Below, one piece after another: positions 24,309-25,324 of a DNA stretch of 25,324 nucleotides. Source of the DNA: a phage; the NCBI GenBank assembly GCA_015694865.1, contig GCA_015694865.1_3933.1. One strand, given 5' to 3'. Made by a program: the position numbers and the translations under genes. Every line of letters starts with the position of its first letter. The first letter of the stretch is position 1. The notes beneath the pieces were generated by a model, which was given only the letters and a program-made list of their open reading frames with translations, was not told the origin of the DNA and made no database searches.

Positions 24309-24857
24309 ATGGAAAAAGATAACTTAAAAGAAGTTGAAGGTAACTACTTAGTACTTGACTGGAAGGATGTTCGGGAAGCACTCTCCGAAGAAAATCTTGA
24401 CTGGTTCGAACAAATTATCTTTGCAGTACGGCATAACCGAGAAGTTGAAAATGGTAAAGAGCCACTTGAAGGAATCTTTGTAGAAAGGTCTTATCCATTC
24501 TATGAAGACACTTTGCAGAAAGTTAAGATGTACTTTAAACAGAAGAACCGTAAAGTGGTCACTATGGTATCTCTTGGTGGACAGAGTATGTCTGTGATGG
24601 AAGATATCAACCCTAAGAGACCAAGTAAGGGTGTCTGTATAAAAATCACAGGTCATGAAGAGTATATCTCAGCAAGTGATTTTAGTGCATTCTGTAATGG
24701 CTCTTGTGTCTTTAATGGTTTTCACTATGATATCCGAGTTTACCCAATCAAGGGTGATGATATCATGATGCAGATATTCGATAACAACAATGGATTTACT
24801 CATTTTTATCAGACAACCAAGTCATCATTGAAAACAGTTCTGGAAACACTGATTTAA
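24309..24857 (+). CDS. hypothetical protein
   Basis: ORF 24234..24857 trimmed to the in-frame ATG at 24309, just after the previous stop; terminator follows. Confidence 0.5.
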   Translation: MEKDNLKEVEGNYLVLDWKDVREALSEENLDWFEQIIFAVRHNREVENGKEPLEGIFVERSYPFYEDTLQKVKMYFKQKNRKVVTMVSLGGQSMSVMEDINPKRPSKGVCIKITGHEEYISASDFSAFCNGSCVFNGFHYDIRVYPIKGDDIMMQIFDNNNGFTHFYQTTKSSLKTVLETLI

Positions 24858-24867
24858 AATATCTTAA

Positions 24868-24900
24868 GAGCCTCCTTAATTGGGGGCTTTTTAATTTTTT
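24868..24900 (+). terminator. rho-independent terminator ending the rightward gene block
   Basis: AGCCTCC-ttaattg-GGGGGCT hairpin followed by TTTTTAATTTTTT. Confidence 0.65.
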
Positions 24901-24940
24901 ATAAAATTTTATCGGTTGTCCCAACCTCTGGGTCACCATC

Positions 24941-25324
24941 ATATGTGAATAAAGTATCTATCCTTCTTAACAACCTTCTTAATCTTACTCTCTATATAGT
25001 TATATAGTACTATATAGTATCTTAGTAACTATCTAGTGGTCTTAATAGCCCTCTGTATAGCCCTTCTAAATAGCCATCTAAACACTCTTCTAACAAGCCT
25101 TCTTAACAACCTATACAATCACCTTAACCATCCCTCTACACCCTCTTAGAAGCTCCTATACACCTCTTAATCTCTATGTCAGCTATGTTACCCTCTATAG
25201 GTGTTCACTAGGTATTACTAAGCCTCTATATAGACTGTTTTAACAAACTTAACAGGAATATCTTTACAGACCTTATCTCACAAGGTCTAACACGGTACTA
25301 ACAAGGTATCTTATAAGCCTGTTA
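24941..25324. repeat. non-coding, pyrimidine-skewed, repeat-rich region
   Basis: No ORF of 60 aa or more on either strand; plus strand almost devoid of G; three copies of TATATAGT at 24993-25018; repeated CCTTCTTAACAACC and CTTCTAA/CTCTTAGAAGC-type motifs. Confidence 0.6.

Noticed and set aside
1-25324. CRISPR array, integrase or attachment site, rRNA
   Set aside because: No regularly spaced direct repeats, no recombinase-like ORF and no rRNA-like sequence; the tRNA genes show no obvious partial duplicate suggesting an att site within the window.

Overview
This window reads as a tailed-phage genome segment (or prophage) with three parts. (1) Positions 1-10639, minus strand: a tightly packed virion morphogenesis operon running terminase large subunit, portal, S49-family prohead protease/scaffold, head decoration-like protein, lambda-E-like major capsid protein, several small head-tail proteins, a sheath-like protein and a truncated tube-like protein. 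(2) Positions 10676-15600, minus strand: a tRNA island of about 24 tRNA or tRNA-like genes, most with CCA encoded, interrupted by two protein-coding inserts and several structured non-tRNA spacers, with sigma70-like promoters and two tandem terminators. Immediately upstream lies a Ro60-like vWA-domain gene that is split by a frameshift, plus a small basic protein. (3) Positions 17732-24857, plus strand: 17 short, translationally coupled genes of mostly unknown function, including a GH24 lysozyme and a tandem paralog pair with an Ig-like domain, ending in a strand-skewed repeat-rich non-coding tail. No CRISPR array, integrase or rRNA was seen. All calls are by eye from sequence and the ORF track; tRNA folds were hand-built and not verified by software. 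The most interesting hypothesis is a Ro60-like protein sitting beside atypical tRNA-like elements, which could be a Y-RNA-like ribonucleoprotein module.
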